Made by a program: the position numbers and the translations under genes. Below are positions 1-9,900 of a stretch of DNA of 64,000 nucleotides, one piece after another (the first letter of the stretch is position 1; each line of letters starts with the position of its first letter). The DNA is from Desulfatiglandales bacterium. Its GTDB lineage: Bacteria > Desulfobacterota > DSM-4660 > Desulfatiglandales > Desulfatiglandaceae. The notes under the pieces were generated by a model, which was given only the letters and a program-made list of their open reading frames with translations, searched no databases and was not told where the DNA came from. The stretch is taken from assembly GCA_963666345.1 (NCBI GenBank), contig OY762721.1:2208001-2272000 (forward strand). Direction: 5' to 3'.

Positions 1-410
1 CTCCCGTCGGAGAGGATATTTCCTATTTTATCCAGTCGTCTGTTCAGTCTTTTTACAGACTCAAAATCGGGCATCAGGATCAGATGGTGGGCCTTTCTTG
101 TCTTTCCCCCCTTTTTGTATATACAGCTGATTTCACCGGAAAGAACAAATCTGACAGGAGATGAGCAGGAAGAATAAAGTTGAGGGGTCAATGCCTTTTT
201 CAGATCGGGCCTTATTCTGTAAAGGCCTTTTTCCGCTTCAGTCAGTTTTTCCTGGAGTTCGGCGATCCATCCGGGGTGAGTGAAATCGCCGGTTCCCAGA
301 ATGGAAATTCCCTTCTTTTTTGCCCATATAAACAGGTTCTCGGGATTGAGAGACTTGGAGGTGGCCCTGGAGTAGTGAGAGTGGATATGAAGGTCTGCGA
401 TGATTTTCAT
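1..410 (-). CDS. Endonuclease Q family (PHP domain) protein, 5' part; runs off the window edge (may be fused to a UvrD-type helicase)
   Basis: Not in the ORF track. Manual translation from ATG at 410: MKIIADLHIHSHYSRATSK...GTGDFTHPGW...GEISCIYKKGGKTRKAHHL...GNILSDGR, the EndoQ/PHP signature motifs. Confidence 0.85.
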   Translation of the reverse strand, partial: MKIIADLHIHSHYSRATSKSLNPENLFIWAKKKGISILGTGDFTHPGWIAELQEKLTEAEKGLYRIRPDLKKALTPQLYSSCSSPVRFVLSGEISCIYKKGGKTRKAHHLILMPDFESVKRLNRRLDKIGNILSDG

Positions 411-457
411 GTTGCATAGAAAACTACATACCTTGGACTATGTCAACCAGATCCGTC

Positions 458-594
458 ACCCCCTGAGCCGGCCTCTTCAGCGGGGGGTGTCTTCTCCAGC
501 CTTTACGTGGAAGTGGGAACACCCATGGGCCTTTGTGGATGTTACCCGCGCTGATAGGGCACCGAGGAAGAAACCCCAGACAGCTGCGGGTCTC
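458..594 (+). repeat. Structured intergenic element, copy 1 (homologous to 51131-51248 on the minus strand); candidate ncRNA or cis-regulatory RNA
   Basis: 510-579 aligns without gaps to the reverse complement of 51149-51218 at 52/70 nt; several consecutive hairpins are possible in both copies. Confidence 0.7.
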
Positions 595-693
595 AAAAAA
601 TATTTGAGGTTTTTATCGTTTTGAAATAGCCTAGCATCTGCTGTATTTGGAAATTTTTATTATCTCAAGATCCTGGGAAAGGAAGGGTGAAAA

Positions 694-2664
694 ATGCAGG
701 TCCTCGTCGTAGACAATGATCAGCTCATTCTGGAATTCATGAAAGATACCATATCGGGTGAGGGGCACGAAATTTTGACTGCAGAAGACGGCCTTTCAGC
801 CCTGGATCTATTGAAAAAGACCTCTCCTGATATAATTTTTACCGACTGGATAATGCCTAATATCGACGGGCGGAGGCTTTGCAGAATTATCCGCGGCATG
901 GATCATCTGAAAAATACCGCCCTTGTCGTTGTTTCATCGGTTGCTGCCGAGGAAGAAATCGATTTTTCCGAACTGGGGGTTCAGACCTGTTTGGTCAAAG
1001 GGCCTTTTGATGAAATGGCCGACCATATCAGATCTATCCTTGAGAGGGCGGACTCAAAGGCTTATATGCAAGAACAGGTAAGCATGCTGGGGGTTGAGAA
1101 TATAATTCCCAGGGGATCTACTGAAGAATTGCTTGCCGTAAAGAGGCACTTTGAGATAATCCTCGAGAGGATGGCCGAAGGCATACTGGAGGTCACGCTT
1201 GACGGAAGGATTATATATTCAAACCCGACCGCCCTTTCTCTGATCGAGATGCCGGAAGAAGTCCTGCTCGGTTCCAGAATCGAGGACCTTTTTTCCGGGG
1301 AGGACCGCGAGAAGGTGGCCGAACTGATGGTGTCACCCGGAATAGAACCAAAGGTGATATCCGATGACCGACCTCTCTCGCTCGGCTCCTACCTGGTGAC
1401 CATGTGCATGCTCAGTATAGAGGGAAGAGATTCCAGCTCGATACTTATTCTCAATAATGTAACTGAAAGGAAAAGGGCTGAAAGGTCGCTTCAAAAGCGG
1501 AATCAGGAGCTGGGACTTCTGAACAAGTTCAGCCATACCCTTACTTCCACTCTTGAACTTGACCAGGTCTTCGCTATCCTTCTGGAGGAGGTGCGGCGAA
1601 TTCTTGAGGTTTCGGGAACAACAATATGGCTGATTGATGATGATTCCGGTGAGCTTGTATGCCGCCAGGCAACCGGCGAGCATGGCAAATCGATTGAAGG
1701 CTGGCGCCTTTCCCCGGGAGAGGGCCTTGCCGGGTGGGTTGCAGCCAAGGGAGAGAGTCTTATTGTTGAAGACACCCGTTCCGACGACCGCCATCTGAAG
1801 TCTGTTGATAAATATACAGGAATGGAGCTTCTGTCTATCATGAGCGTGCCTCTTACAACGAAGGGAAACGTGATAGGTGTGCTCCAGGTCGTTGATATCG
1901 GAAAGGGTCGGTTTGATAACTCCCATCTGAGTCTTCTGGAGGCCCTCGGGGCATCGGCCGCCGTAGCAATCGAAAACGCAAGCCTGTATAAGCGGGCCCA
2001 GCAGGAGATAGAGGAAAGGGCAAGCGTTGAGGCGAATCTTCAGCGGACACTCAGTGTCATGCGCAAAAGCCTGGATGTTACAATACAGGCTATGGCAATG
2101 ACAGTTGAAAGGAGAGATCCTTATACGGCCGGGCACCAGCGCAGGGTGGCGGACCTTGCAAGGGCGATAGCAACCGAAATGGGCCTGTCCGAAGAACAGA
2201 TAGACGGTATCAGGATAGCAGGCTCGATTCATGATATCGGGAAAATCTCGGTGCCGGCCGAGATTCTAAGCAAACCGGGGTCTCTTTCCGAAAAGGAGTT
2301 CGCGCTCATTCAGGATCACCCTCAGATCGGATTCGATATATTGAAGGAAATGGAATTCCCTTGGCCTATTGCCAAGATAGTTCGGCAACATCATGAAAAA
2401 CTGGATGGTTCAGGCTATCCCCTGGGAATAAAGGGTGAGGATATATTGCTCGAGGCCAAGATAATAACCGTTGCCGATGTTGTAGAGGCTATGGGATCTC
2501 ACAGGCCCTACAGGCCTTCCCTGGGTATTGAAAAGGCCCTGGGGCATGTGAAAAGGGAAAGAGGCGCGCTTTATGATGAAAAGGTCGTTGATGCGTGTGT
2601 GAGCCTGTTCGAGGAAAAGAAGTTTTCCTTTGATAAGTCGGTTAAGAAGGATATCGTTTCCTGA
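694..2664 (+). CDS. Response regulator with REC-PAS-GAF-HD-GYP domains (putative c-di-GMP phosphodiesterase)
   Basis: N-terminal REC (VLVVDND...IIFTDWIMP), PAS, GAF (GEGLAGWVA), HD-GYP motifs DPYTAGHQRRV, HDIGK, HHEKLDGSGYP. Confidence 0.9.
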   Translation: MQVLVVDNDQLILEFMKDTISGEGHEILTAEDGLSALDLLKKTSPDIIFTDWIMPNIDGRRLCRIIRGMDHLKNTALVVVSSVAAEEEIDFSELGVQTCLVKGPFDEMADHIRSILERADSKAYMQEQVSMLGVENIIPRGSTEELLAVKRHFEIILERMAEGILEVTLDGRIIYSNPTALSLIEMPEEVLLGSRIEDLFSGEDREKVAELMVSPGIEPKVISDDRPLSLGSYLVTMCMLSIEGRDSSSILILNNVTERKRAERSLQKRNQELGLLNKFSHTLTSTLELDQVFAILLEEVRRILEVSGTTIWLIDDDSGELVCRQATGEHGKSIEGWRLSPGEGLAGWVAAKGESLIVEDTRSDDRHLKSVDKYTGMELLSIMSVPLTTKGNVIGVLQVVDIGKGRFDNSHLSLLEALGASAAVAIENASLYKRAQQEIEERASVEANLQRTLSVMRKSLDVTIQAMAMTVERRDPYTAGHQRRVADLARAIATEMGLSEEQIDGIRIAGSIHDIGKISVPAEILSKPGSLSEKEFALIQDHPQIGFDILKEMEFPWPIAKIVRQHHEKLDGSGYPLGIKGEDILLEAKIITVADVVEAMGSHRPYRPSLGIEKALGHVKRERGALYDEKVVDACVSLFEEKKFSFDKSVKKDIVS

Positions 2665-2685
2665 GCCTGCCTTTCCGCCTTCATG

Positions 2686-4539
2686 TCAGGTAGAAGATTT
2701 TTCCTCCCACAGAGCGGCCCTGAGGCCTGATGCCCTTTCTATCCTTCTTTTTGCCGCTGCGGTAAAAAGATTTGATTTCGCCCAGACCTGCGCCCTTTTC
2801 CTTGTCCTTGTAATACCGGTATAGATCAGTTCCCTTGTCACCAGGGGCGAATCGTAATCGGGCAGAACGAGCATGGTGGTGTCGAATTCAGAGCCCTGAC
2901 TTTTGTGAACCGTCATGGCAAATACGGTCTCATGCTGCGGAAGATTAACCGGGGGCAGCCTGCGAAGTCCCTCCGTCGTTTTAAAGAAGGCCCTGAGTTC
3001 ACAGTCTTCAGATGGATCCTCGAGCACGATTCCTATGTCGCCGTTAAAAAGTCCGAGATTGTAGTCGTTTCTTGTAACGAGAATCGGTCTTCCTCTGTAC
3101 CAGCGTCTTGAGTTGTCGATAAGCTTTTCATCTCTTAATATGTCTTCCACAAGCCTGTTAAGATTGTCTACCCCGAAGGCCCCCTTTCTGAGGGCGCACA
3201 AAATCCTGAATCTTTCAAACAGGCTGAAGACCTCGGACGGATCTGAGGCGGTCTCCAAAAATGGCGCAAAACCTGAAAGAACCGAATCCTTTATGGCCCT
3301 TTTAAGATTGGAAGGCTCGGGAAGCGATTTCCAGGATATGTCTTTAAATGCGGCATCTTTCAAGATATCGAGGGCAGCCTCTCCCCTACCCTCGTTTACT
3401 GTTCTGCTTACCTCATAAATGCCGCTTTTTTCCGGAAAACGGTAGCTTTTTGTAAGTTGAACCAGGCAGTCCCGGATCTTTGGCATGCCTTTGGCGGAGG
3501 AGAAATCCCTTATCTTTATGCCTGTAATTTCCAGAAAAGAGGTTGAAAAATTTTCCGAAAAACCGTTAGATCCCCCGGTGCCGCATATGTCTCCCAGCAC
3601 GGCTCCCGCCTCCACAGATGCGAGCTGATCTTTGTCTCCAAGGAGAATTATCCTGGCATCAGTCGGTATGGCCTGTACAAGTTTGGATAGAAGTGCGAGG
3701 TCCACCATGGATGCCTCGTCGATTACGACCACTGATGAGGAAAGCGGATTGGCCTGATTGTGTCTGAAATAGGGAGACCCTGGAATTGTACCGAGCAGCC
3801 TGTGGATGGTTGATGCCTCCGTTGGGATGGCCCTCTTGATCTCTTCTGAGAAGGGAATCTTCTGTTTGAAGAAATTAACGGCCTCCTGCAGGCGTGCGGC
3901 CGCTTTTCCGGTAGGGGCCGCAAGGGAAATCCTTGCTTCCCGGTCCTGTTCAAGTATAAGAGCCAGGATCTTGGAAATCAGCGTACTCTTTCCCGTGCCC
4001 GGCCCCCCTGAGATTACGCACAGCCCTTTCATAAGGGATATGAATGCGGCAACCATCTGGAGTTGAGAGCCGTCCTCCGCCTCTCCTTCAAAGAGACGCA
4101 AAAGCCCGTTTTTTAAAAGGGAGGCATCGATACCCTGGACCCGTCTTTCGGAGCGAGCCCTGAGATCCTTTGAAAGCAGATCCTCATATTCCCAGTACCT
4201 GTAAAGATAGAGCCTTGAACATGAGTCAAGGATAAGCGGTTTGTATTCTCCCGGTCGGCCCACCACAGGGGATGATTTTAGCTCGCAGATCCATTCTTTT
4301 AGGGCGGGTGTTTCAAGATCGTCCGGTAAAGGGTCTTGCCGGTACGGCAGTTCGCACTTAAGAGCCTCAAGATCCAGGCAGACATTGCCCTGCGAGGTGG
4401 CGCGGCTTACAAGGGCTGAGGCAAGAAAAAGCCCGGGCGAGGCCTTATCCGAAAGCCTTAACATGAGTTTGGCAAAATGGATGTCGAGTTCCTGGAATAT
4501 CCCTTTTTGAAGGAGGTCTTTTATTACTTTTTCGTCCAT
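2686..4539 (-). CDS. recD: Exodeoxyribonuclease V alpha subunit
   Basis: LYLYRYWEYE, Walker A GGPGTGKS, APTGKAAARL, DEASMVD, GDKDQLASV, TVHKSQGSEF. Start moved to ATG 4539 (ORF track 4641); start uncertain. Confidence 0.95.
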   Translation of the reverse strand: MDEKVIKDLLQKGIFQELDIHFAKLMLRLSDKASPGLFLASALVSRATSQGNVCLDLEALKCELPYRQDPLPDDLETPALKEWICELKSSPVVGRPGEYKPLILDSCSRLYLYRYWEYEDLLSKDLRARSERRVQGIDASLLKNGLLRLFEGEAEDGSQLQMVAAFISLMKGLCVISGGPGTGKSTLISKILALILEQDREARISLAAPTGKAAARLQEAVNFFKQKIPFSEEIKRAIPTEASTIHRLLGTIPGSPYFRHNQANPLSSSVVVIDEASMVDLALLSKLVQAIPTDARIILLGDKDQLASVEAGAVLGDICGTGGSNGFSENFSTSFLEITGIKIRDFSSAKGMPKIRDCLVQLTKSYRFPEKSGIYEVSRTVNEGRGEAALDILKDAAFKDISWKSLPEPSNLKRAIKDSVLSGFAPFLETASDPSEVFSLFERFRILCALRKGAFGVDNLNRLVEDILRDEKLIDNSRRWYRGRPILVTRNDYNLGLFNGDIGIVLEDPSEDCELRAFFKTTEGLRRLPPVNLPQHETVFAMTVHKSQGSEFDTTMLVLPDYDSPLVTRELIYTGITRTRKRAQVWAKSNLFTAAAKRRIERASGLRAALWEEKSST

Positions 4540-4647
4540 GCCCCATTTATCTATCATAAAACCAGAGAGCAGGAAAGGATGCTTTAACCGAAATCCATCC
4601 CCTGATAAGAGCTGCAAAACCTGATGCAGGTTTTTGGACATGCCTGT

Positions 4648-5655
4648 CTAGGGGTTGGCCTTTCTCACTGCTCGGCAATAATATCTGTAGTCCTTTTTGT
4701 TGTCATTTATGTCGCCTGAGAAGAAATTGGTCATCCAGGCCGAATCCGGGTGGAAGATGTAGCTGGTTGAAGACCAATAATAGGATGAGGCTGTGCCGGG
4801 AAATGCCTTTATGTCAATTGCGGGGTTCCGATTCAGATAGTTTACGATAGAGAGGAGTTCGTTTATGTCGGGAAGCCGCCAGTCTTTGTGACCGGCAAAC
4901 TCAAGCTCTTCACAATACCTGAGGGCCTCCATCCATGTAAAAGGGCCGGAGCTTTTCTTCCGCCACATAAGACCTGTGGTTTTGTCTGTTACAGTGCCGT
5001 CGTTATTATCGATCGGTTCAATGACCTCCGAGCCGCCCCTAACGGCCCTTGCCCTGTAAAGTTGAGACCTGTACTCCCTGGTTATGTTTCCGTTAAGAAA
5101 GAGCAACAGCCAGTAGCCTGGGAGTTCCTCTGTTCCAAGGGTCGATGACCAGTAGTAGTTTGACGCGGTATTAGGAAAAAAGTCCTTGTCAAGGGCCGGA
5201 CCGTATCTGTCCCTCATGATCAGGGTATTAAGCTCTTTTATATCAGGAATCCTCCAGTTGGAAAAACCTCCGAACCTTTCGGTATTCAAACGCCTTATAA
5301 AAACGGTTTCCGATTCGGCAGATGTAAAAAGCCTGTGCATGTCATGAACGGACCCGTCCCTGGTTTTTACCTCCCAGACAAGCCCTGTGGTATTATCCTT
5401 CACCATTATCCAGTTAATTGCTGAATCTGCGAGCTTCTCTCCGTTTTCTCCCAATTTGGTGTAGGAGCGGGCATTTCCACGGTATTGCGCATCCTGCCCG
5501 TAAAAGTCGTCCCCTTCAAGGGGGCAGTCGACGACATTTTTGTCGTCATAACAACCACTCTGACCCGTATCAAGCACAGGAGCGGCCAATGACATTGCCG
5601 GAAAAAAGAGGGCCGCGAATACGACCGTATTTGAGATACCCAGATATTTTATCAT
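4648..5655 (-). CDS. Exported protein with two DUF1566 (Lcl C-terminal, C-type-lectin-like) domains
   Basis: Signal peptide, DTGQ...C motif, twice D..TGL.W...WR.P.I.EL...YWSST...RAVR; GGAGG RBS before ATG 5655. Confidence 0.85.
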   Translation of the reverse strand: MIKYLGISNTVVFAALFFPAMSLAAPVLDTGQSGCYDDKNVVDCPLEGDDFYGQDAQYRGNARSYTKLGENGEKLADSAINWIMVKDNTTGLVWEVKTRDGSVHDMHRLFTSAESETVFIRRLNTERFGGFSNWRIPDIKELNTLIMRDRYGPALDKDFFPNTASNYYWSSTLGTEELPGYWLLLFLNGNITREYRSQLYRARAVRGGSEVIEPIDNNDGTVTDKTTGLMWRKKSSGPFTWMEALRYCEELEFAGHKDWRLPDINELLSIVNYLNRNPAIDIKAFPGTASSYYWSSTSYIFHPDSAWMTNFFSGDINDNKKDYRYYCRAVRKANP

Positions 5656-5742
5656 GTTTTGTCCTCCCTGGTCCCTGCCCGGCTGGAAATTCTCCTGCAC
5701 TTGAAATTTTTACTGTTCCGTCTAACCTTTGATCTTTTGAAA

Positions 5743-5758
5743 TGCATCAAGGTTGCCT
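5743..5758 (-). promoter_or_regulatory. Possible sigma54 -24/-12 promoter for the DUF1566 gene
   Basis: Minus strand AGGCAACCTTGATGCA has GG-N10-GC spacing but an imperfect TGGCAC/TTGC match. Confidence 0.3.
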
Positions 5759-5867
5759 ATATAGAAAAATAAATATTATTTCCGCTGAAACAAGGATGGC
5801 CTTCCGCCTTTATTTCCTTACCGTCACGACGGGAGATCGTCATCTATGTCTTTTCTAAGATTTGAAG

Positions 5868-6000
5868 GCTTCGTAAAAAGATCAACTGCCATTCGACAAG
5901 CTCATGGCCCCGGGTTAAATCGAAGGGCTGCGCCTGCGACTAGCCAAGCCGAGCAGTTATGCTTTATCTTTCGTCATTGCAGGTCCGCTAAAAGCTGGAT
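5868..6000 (+). repeat. REP/MITE-like dispersed repeat, copy A (GCTTCGTAAAAAG...TTTCGTCATTGC family with nested TTCGACAAGCTCA motif)
   Basis: Aligns to the reverse complement of 16036-16143 in two blocks (38/48 and 52/59 nt) separated by a 25 nt indel. Confidence 0.8.
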
Positions 6001-6354
6001 AAGTATGGCTCATTCATCGAGATTGTCAGCAGTTGCCAATCGGGCATGGCCCTCATAATTGGGAGCGGATGCCTAACATTTTGAAGTGAAATGGTCTGCC
6101 CGATGCCTGTTCCTTTTGCCCTGGATTATTCACTTGTAACCCAAGGGGTCGTAGGATTTATTTTGAAAAAATTATGCTCTTTGGTTATGAATATTGTTTT
6201 AAGATAACTTGAAACTTGTTTGAAAAGAAGATATGAAAGGTAAAAAACTTCAGGCTAAAGCGCCGTTAAGGCGCTTTTATTTCATGGTATTACCAGGACG
6301 TACGGATCGATATCGTACGGTAGGAACCGATAAGATGGTCGGAAAGGAATTGAA

Positions 6355-6801
6355 ATGAATTCAAGTACAAAAATAGGAATAATTATCTGCGACCGCTACC
6401 GGCGCTGTGCCGGCGGTAAGTGTTTCAGGGCAATGAGAAACAGAGAAGGGGCCTTCAGCATATATGCGGACACCGAGATCGAACTGGTCGGTTATACAAC
6501 CTGTGAAGGCTGTCCCGGGGGCAACATAGAATACGCCGGCGATGAAATGGTGAAAAACGGGGCCCAGGTTATCCATCTGGCCACCGGTCTGGTTGTCGGT
6601 TATCCCCCCTGCCCTTATATCGATACTTTCAAAGTGTTCCTTGAAAAGCGCTATGGGGTAAAGGTCGTTGTGGGCACCCACCCGATACCCAAAAAATATC
6701 TTGATATGCACACCAGTCTCGGAACGTGGGAAGCCTCCGAATGGGAGCCTATTGTTGGGCCCACCATGTCTGATGCCGAGACCCGCAAAAGTTACGACTA
6801 A
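6355..6801 (+). CDS. CGGC domain-containing protein (putative metal/Fe-S binding)
   Basis: KIGIIIC..Y..CAGGKC, GYTTCEGCPG, IHLATG..GYPPCP, VVVGTH; AAGGA RBS. Confidence 0.85.
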   Translation: MNSSTKIGIIICDRYRRCAGGKCFRAMRNREGAFSIYADTEIELVGYTTCEGCPGGNIEYAGDEMVKNGAQVIHLATGLVVGYPPCPYIDTFKVFLEKRYGVKVVVGTHPIPKKYLDMHTSLGTWEASEWEPIVGPTMSDAETRKSYD

Positions 6802-6927
6802 GATCATCTGCAGGGAAAATTATGGAAGCCGTGCTAAACGCGGTTAAGTTTGTCTCCGGGGCAGTAAAAGGCCTGTTGAGTTGATATCTGCCCTTTTTGG
6901 TCGGTGATGTGGTTGGTAATGTAGTGA

Positions 6928-9900
6928 TCATTGAGGCAAGAGACCTGAAAGATCCAACAGGTCTTTTCTTAACGAATTGATGAAAGCGGGTGTCGGCAGA
7001 TCCCTGAATATCCCGTATGCGGACCTCTTGTCCCTGTCAAGACCCCTCAGGAATATGTAATAGACCCCGCCGAAATTTATTTCATACCTGTAACCGGGAA
7101 GCCTCAGTCTGAGGTACTGGTCAAGTGCGAGGGTATAGATTACATACTGAAGTGTATAGAGGTTCCTTCTCATTTCAAACGCAAGCAGTTCCGGGGCATA
7201 ATCATCAACCCTGGGTCCGAGGAAATTGCTCTTCCAGTCGACAAGAAAAAAGAGGTCGCCCCTTTTGAAGACAAGATCTATAAACCCCCTCATAAACCCC
7301 TTTGAGGGTGAAAAATCAAGCCTTTCAATCTGTTTGTCCATACCCTCCAGAGGAGGTGAGCCTGCAGGTCCTTTAAATATCTCTTTCAGCCTGGACGGGG
7401 TTATTTCTTTTAAGGGAAAATAGAACTCAAGTTCATTCAGCCTGTCCTCCATCCTGATATCGGATAAAGTAAATGATCCTGCCGGGCAGTAAAGCGGCGC
7501 GGAAAAAAGGGATTCCAATGTCTCAAGGATTGTCCGGCTCCAACTATCTTCAAAGCCGTGCTGGAAAAGCTTTCTTGAGATTATTTCACCCGTTTCCGCC
7601 TGATTGACTGAAGTAAAATCGAGATGTTCCAGCAGGTCGTGCAGAAAGGTCCCCGTCTTTGCGCCTTTTGGAAAGGAAAAAATTCCTGAAGCGGCTGTAT
7701 CTTCTTTAGAAAGGGCAAGCATCTTTTCACCTTCCTCGGAAATTGTTTCCAGTTCATCATGATCAGGCAGCTCGGTAAGAAATGACCTTTTTGAAATCAG
7801 ATATGAAAAACTGCTCACACGCCATTGCCTTGAAATGGAGCCTGAAAAATCTCTGAAGGAAAGCCTTTCAGGCTCTTGGAGTTTTGGAAAGGCATCCGTT
7901 TTTGTCAAGTAATCCCTTGAAATGTGAGAAATATCAACGTTTCTCCCGGAGCTCTTTTCCAAAAGGGAGAGTCCTTTTCTAAGCGATTCTTTTTTAAGCG
8001 GGGTAAAAAGCCCTTCCATCTCTTCAATGGAAGGGCCTTCATAATAGAGATAGGAGGGGGCCGAGGTCTGCGCCCCCTTTATGCGCCCCCATACCATATA
8101 GCACCGGTTCTTGGCCCTTGTGAGCGCTACATATAGAAGACGCAGGTCCTCTGAAAGAGTTTCCTGCCTTGCAAGTGCGCTGTTTGTGTCAAGGTCTGAA
8201 GAGCCGAGATCAAGAATATGCCTGTTATTATTTTTTCTGTCATGGAAGAGAATCGTTTTGTCATTCGTTTTCGAACCGTCCCAGAGAAAGGGGCAGAACA
8301 CGACCGGATACTCAAGCCCCTTGCTTTTGTGGATGGTTACCACCATTATCGCCCTCTCATCACTTTCAAGCCTGAGCTGATGTTCCTCAAGCCGTGGTGA
8401 ATCGGAATCTGTCTGGGAAGACAGCCACTTATTTAGACCTTTAATCCCAATACCCGCCTTAAGGGAGGCATCATAAAGCACTTCAGCCAGATGCAGCAGA
8501 TTGGTCAGCCGGCGTTCGCCGTCAGGAAGGGAAAGGAGACGGCTCCTTATCTTTTCCTCAACAATGAATCTGCGAAACATGGGCAAAAAACCGGTCATCT
8601 TCCAAAGCCGATAGTATCGGCGGAAACGGCTTCTTATCGGCTCCCATTTATTCTGGTCTTCCCCTAATTGCTCCAGGTCCTCTCCCGTATAACCGAGGGC
8701 CCTGGTCGCCAGTGCCCTTTTTATCAGGCTTTCATTTTCAGGATCTCCGATTGCATCGAGAATCCATTGCATATCCATGGCCTCAGGGGAGTCAAAAAGG
8801 TTTGAATTGCTGTAAAGGACACTAGGGATATTCAAGGTCGAAAGCATATCCCGCACCATCTTTGCCTCCCTGTTTGTCCTCACGAGCACTGCCAGGTGCT
8901 CTTCCCTTAAAGGTGCTTTTCCCAGCAGGGCCTTCCCCTTTGCTCCCAGGGACAACAGCCTGGAAATTTCCCGTCCCAGCGCGGCCAGTATCCTTTCCCT
9001 TGCCTCGGACTTTGAGAGCGGTTTTCCATCATCCATCTCCTCTAAGGGTTCAATAAGGCATAGCCTGAAGGCAGGCTCCGCTCTTCCCTCAATTAACAGC
9101 GGGGCGGGATGTTTTTCCCTTGCGGCCCTTTGAGTATGAAATGAGATTTCCGGGAAGAGGAAAGGCCTTTTTGCCCTTGAGAAGATGCAATTTATCGCCT
9201 TTATGAGGCCCTTTTCAGAACGCCAGTTACTGCTCAAGGTATAGCGGTTTTCCATCTTTGAAGAGGCGTTGATATAAGTGAAAAGATCCGCTCCCCTGAA
9301 GCCGTAGATAGCCTGTTTAGGATCTCCGATAAGAAAAAGCGGTCTTTTCCCTGTATCAAATATCCTGGAAAAGATATCGTATTGAACAGGATCCGTATCC
9401 TGAAACTCATCGATCAGGGCTGCCTTGAACTTGGCCCTGACCTTTTTTAAAAAGGCGTTCGCCCCATCATCATCAATGACCTCCTTTATCTTGTGAAGAA
9501 GATCACCAAAGGATAACTTGTTCGTCCTGTCCTTTTCCTTAGGCAGGTTCCTTTTTATATAAGATAGCAGTGCCGTCCTCAAAAAAAGGATCCTCTGGTC
9601 GCATTCATTTATCAGGCCTTCCGCGCTTTTATTAAGATCCTCACAGATATGAAACAGCTCATGTTCAGGAGCCGCTTTACCCTTTTTTACCGATTCGCTT
9701 ATCACGCTTGAGGTAAGTTTCCGGAAGTCTTTGAAAAGGGGAAAGGGACCAAGTCTGAGTGAAAGGAGATGATCCATGTCTGTCAGCCAGGAGCTTACCT
9801 TGAGGTCCCTTTTTGAGAAACCTCCGGGACCTTTCTTCGTGGTTCCGTATCTTGTGCCGTTTAGCTCGGCAGTTCTAAGAATTTCTCCAACCTCATTTCT

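Noticed and set aside
458..594. Known riboswitch, 6S RNA, SRP RNA or hammerhead ribozyme
   Set aside because: Lacks the c-di-GMP-I GGCAAA/GAAA/GCAAAG pattern, the SRP GGAAG-AGCAG motif and a hammerhead GAAA after the CTGAAGA; cannot be assigned without a covariance search
400..624. 74 aa ORF spanning the structured element
   Set aside because: Overlaps the EndoQ start on the opposite strand, has no clear RBS, and the homologous frame in copy 2 has a stop; kept only as an alternative explanation in the finding
1333..2232. 299 aa minus-strand ORF
   Set aside because: Antisense shadow of the well-supported HD-GYP gene, with no motifs
4648..5655. Complete diversity-generating retroelement
   Set aside because: No reverse transcriptase, Avd gene or template repeat in the window; the two DUF1566 domains are too diverged to be a TR/VR pair
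5846..6058. 70 aa ORF
   Set aside because: Coincides with the dispersed repeat; the other copy has a 25 nt indel
6257..6350. Hairpins upstream of the CGGC gene as a Moco/Wco riboswitch
   Set aside because: Only generic inverted repeats and a GGAAAGG RBS; the conserved riboswitch core is not evident
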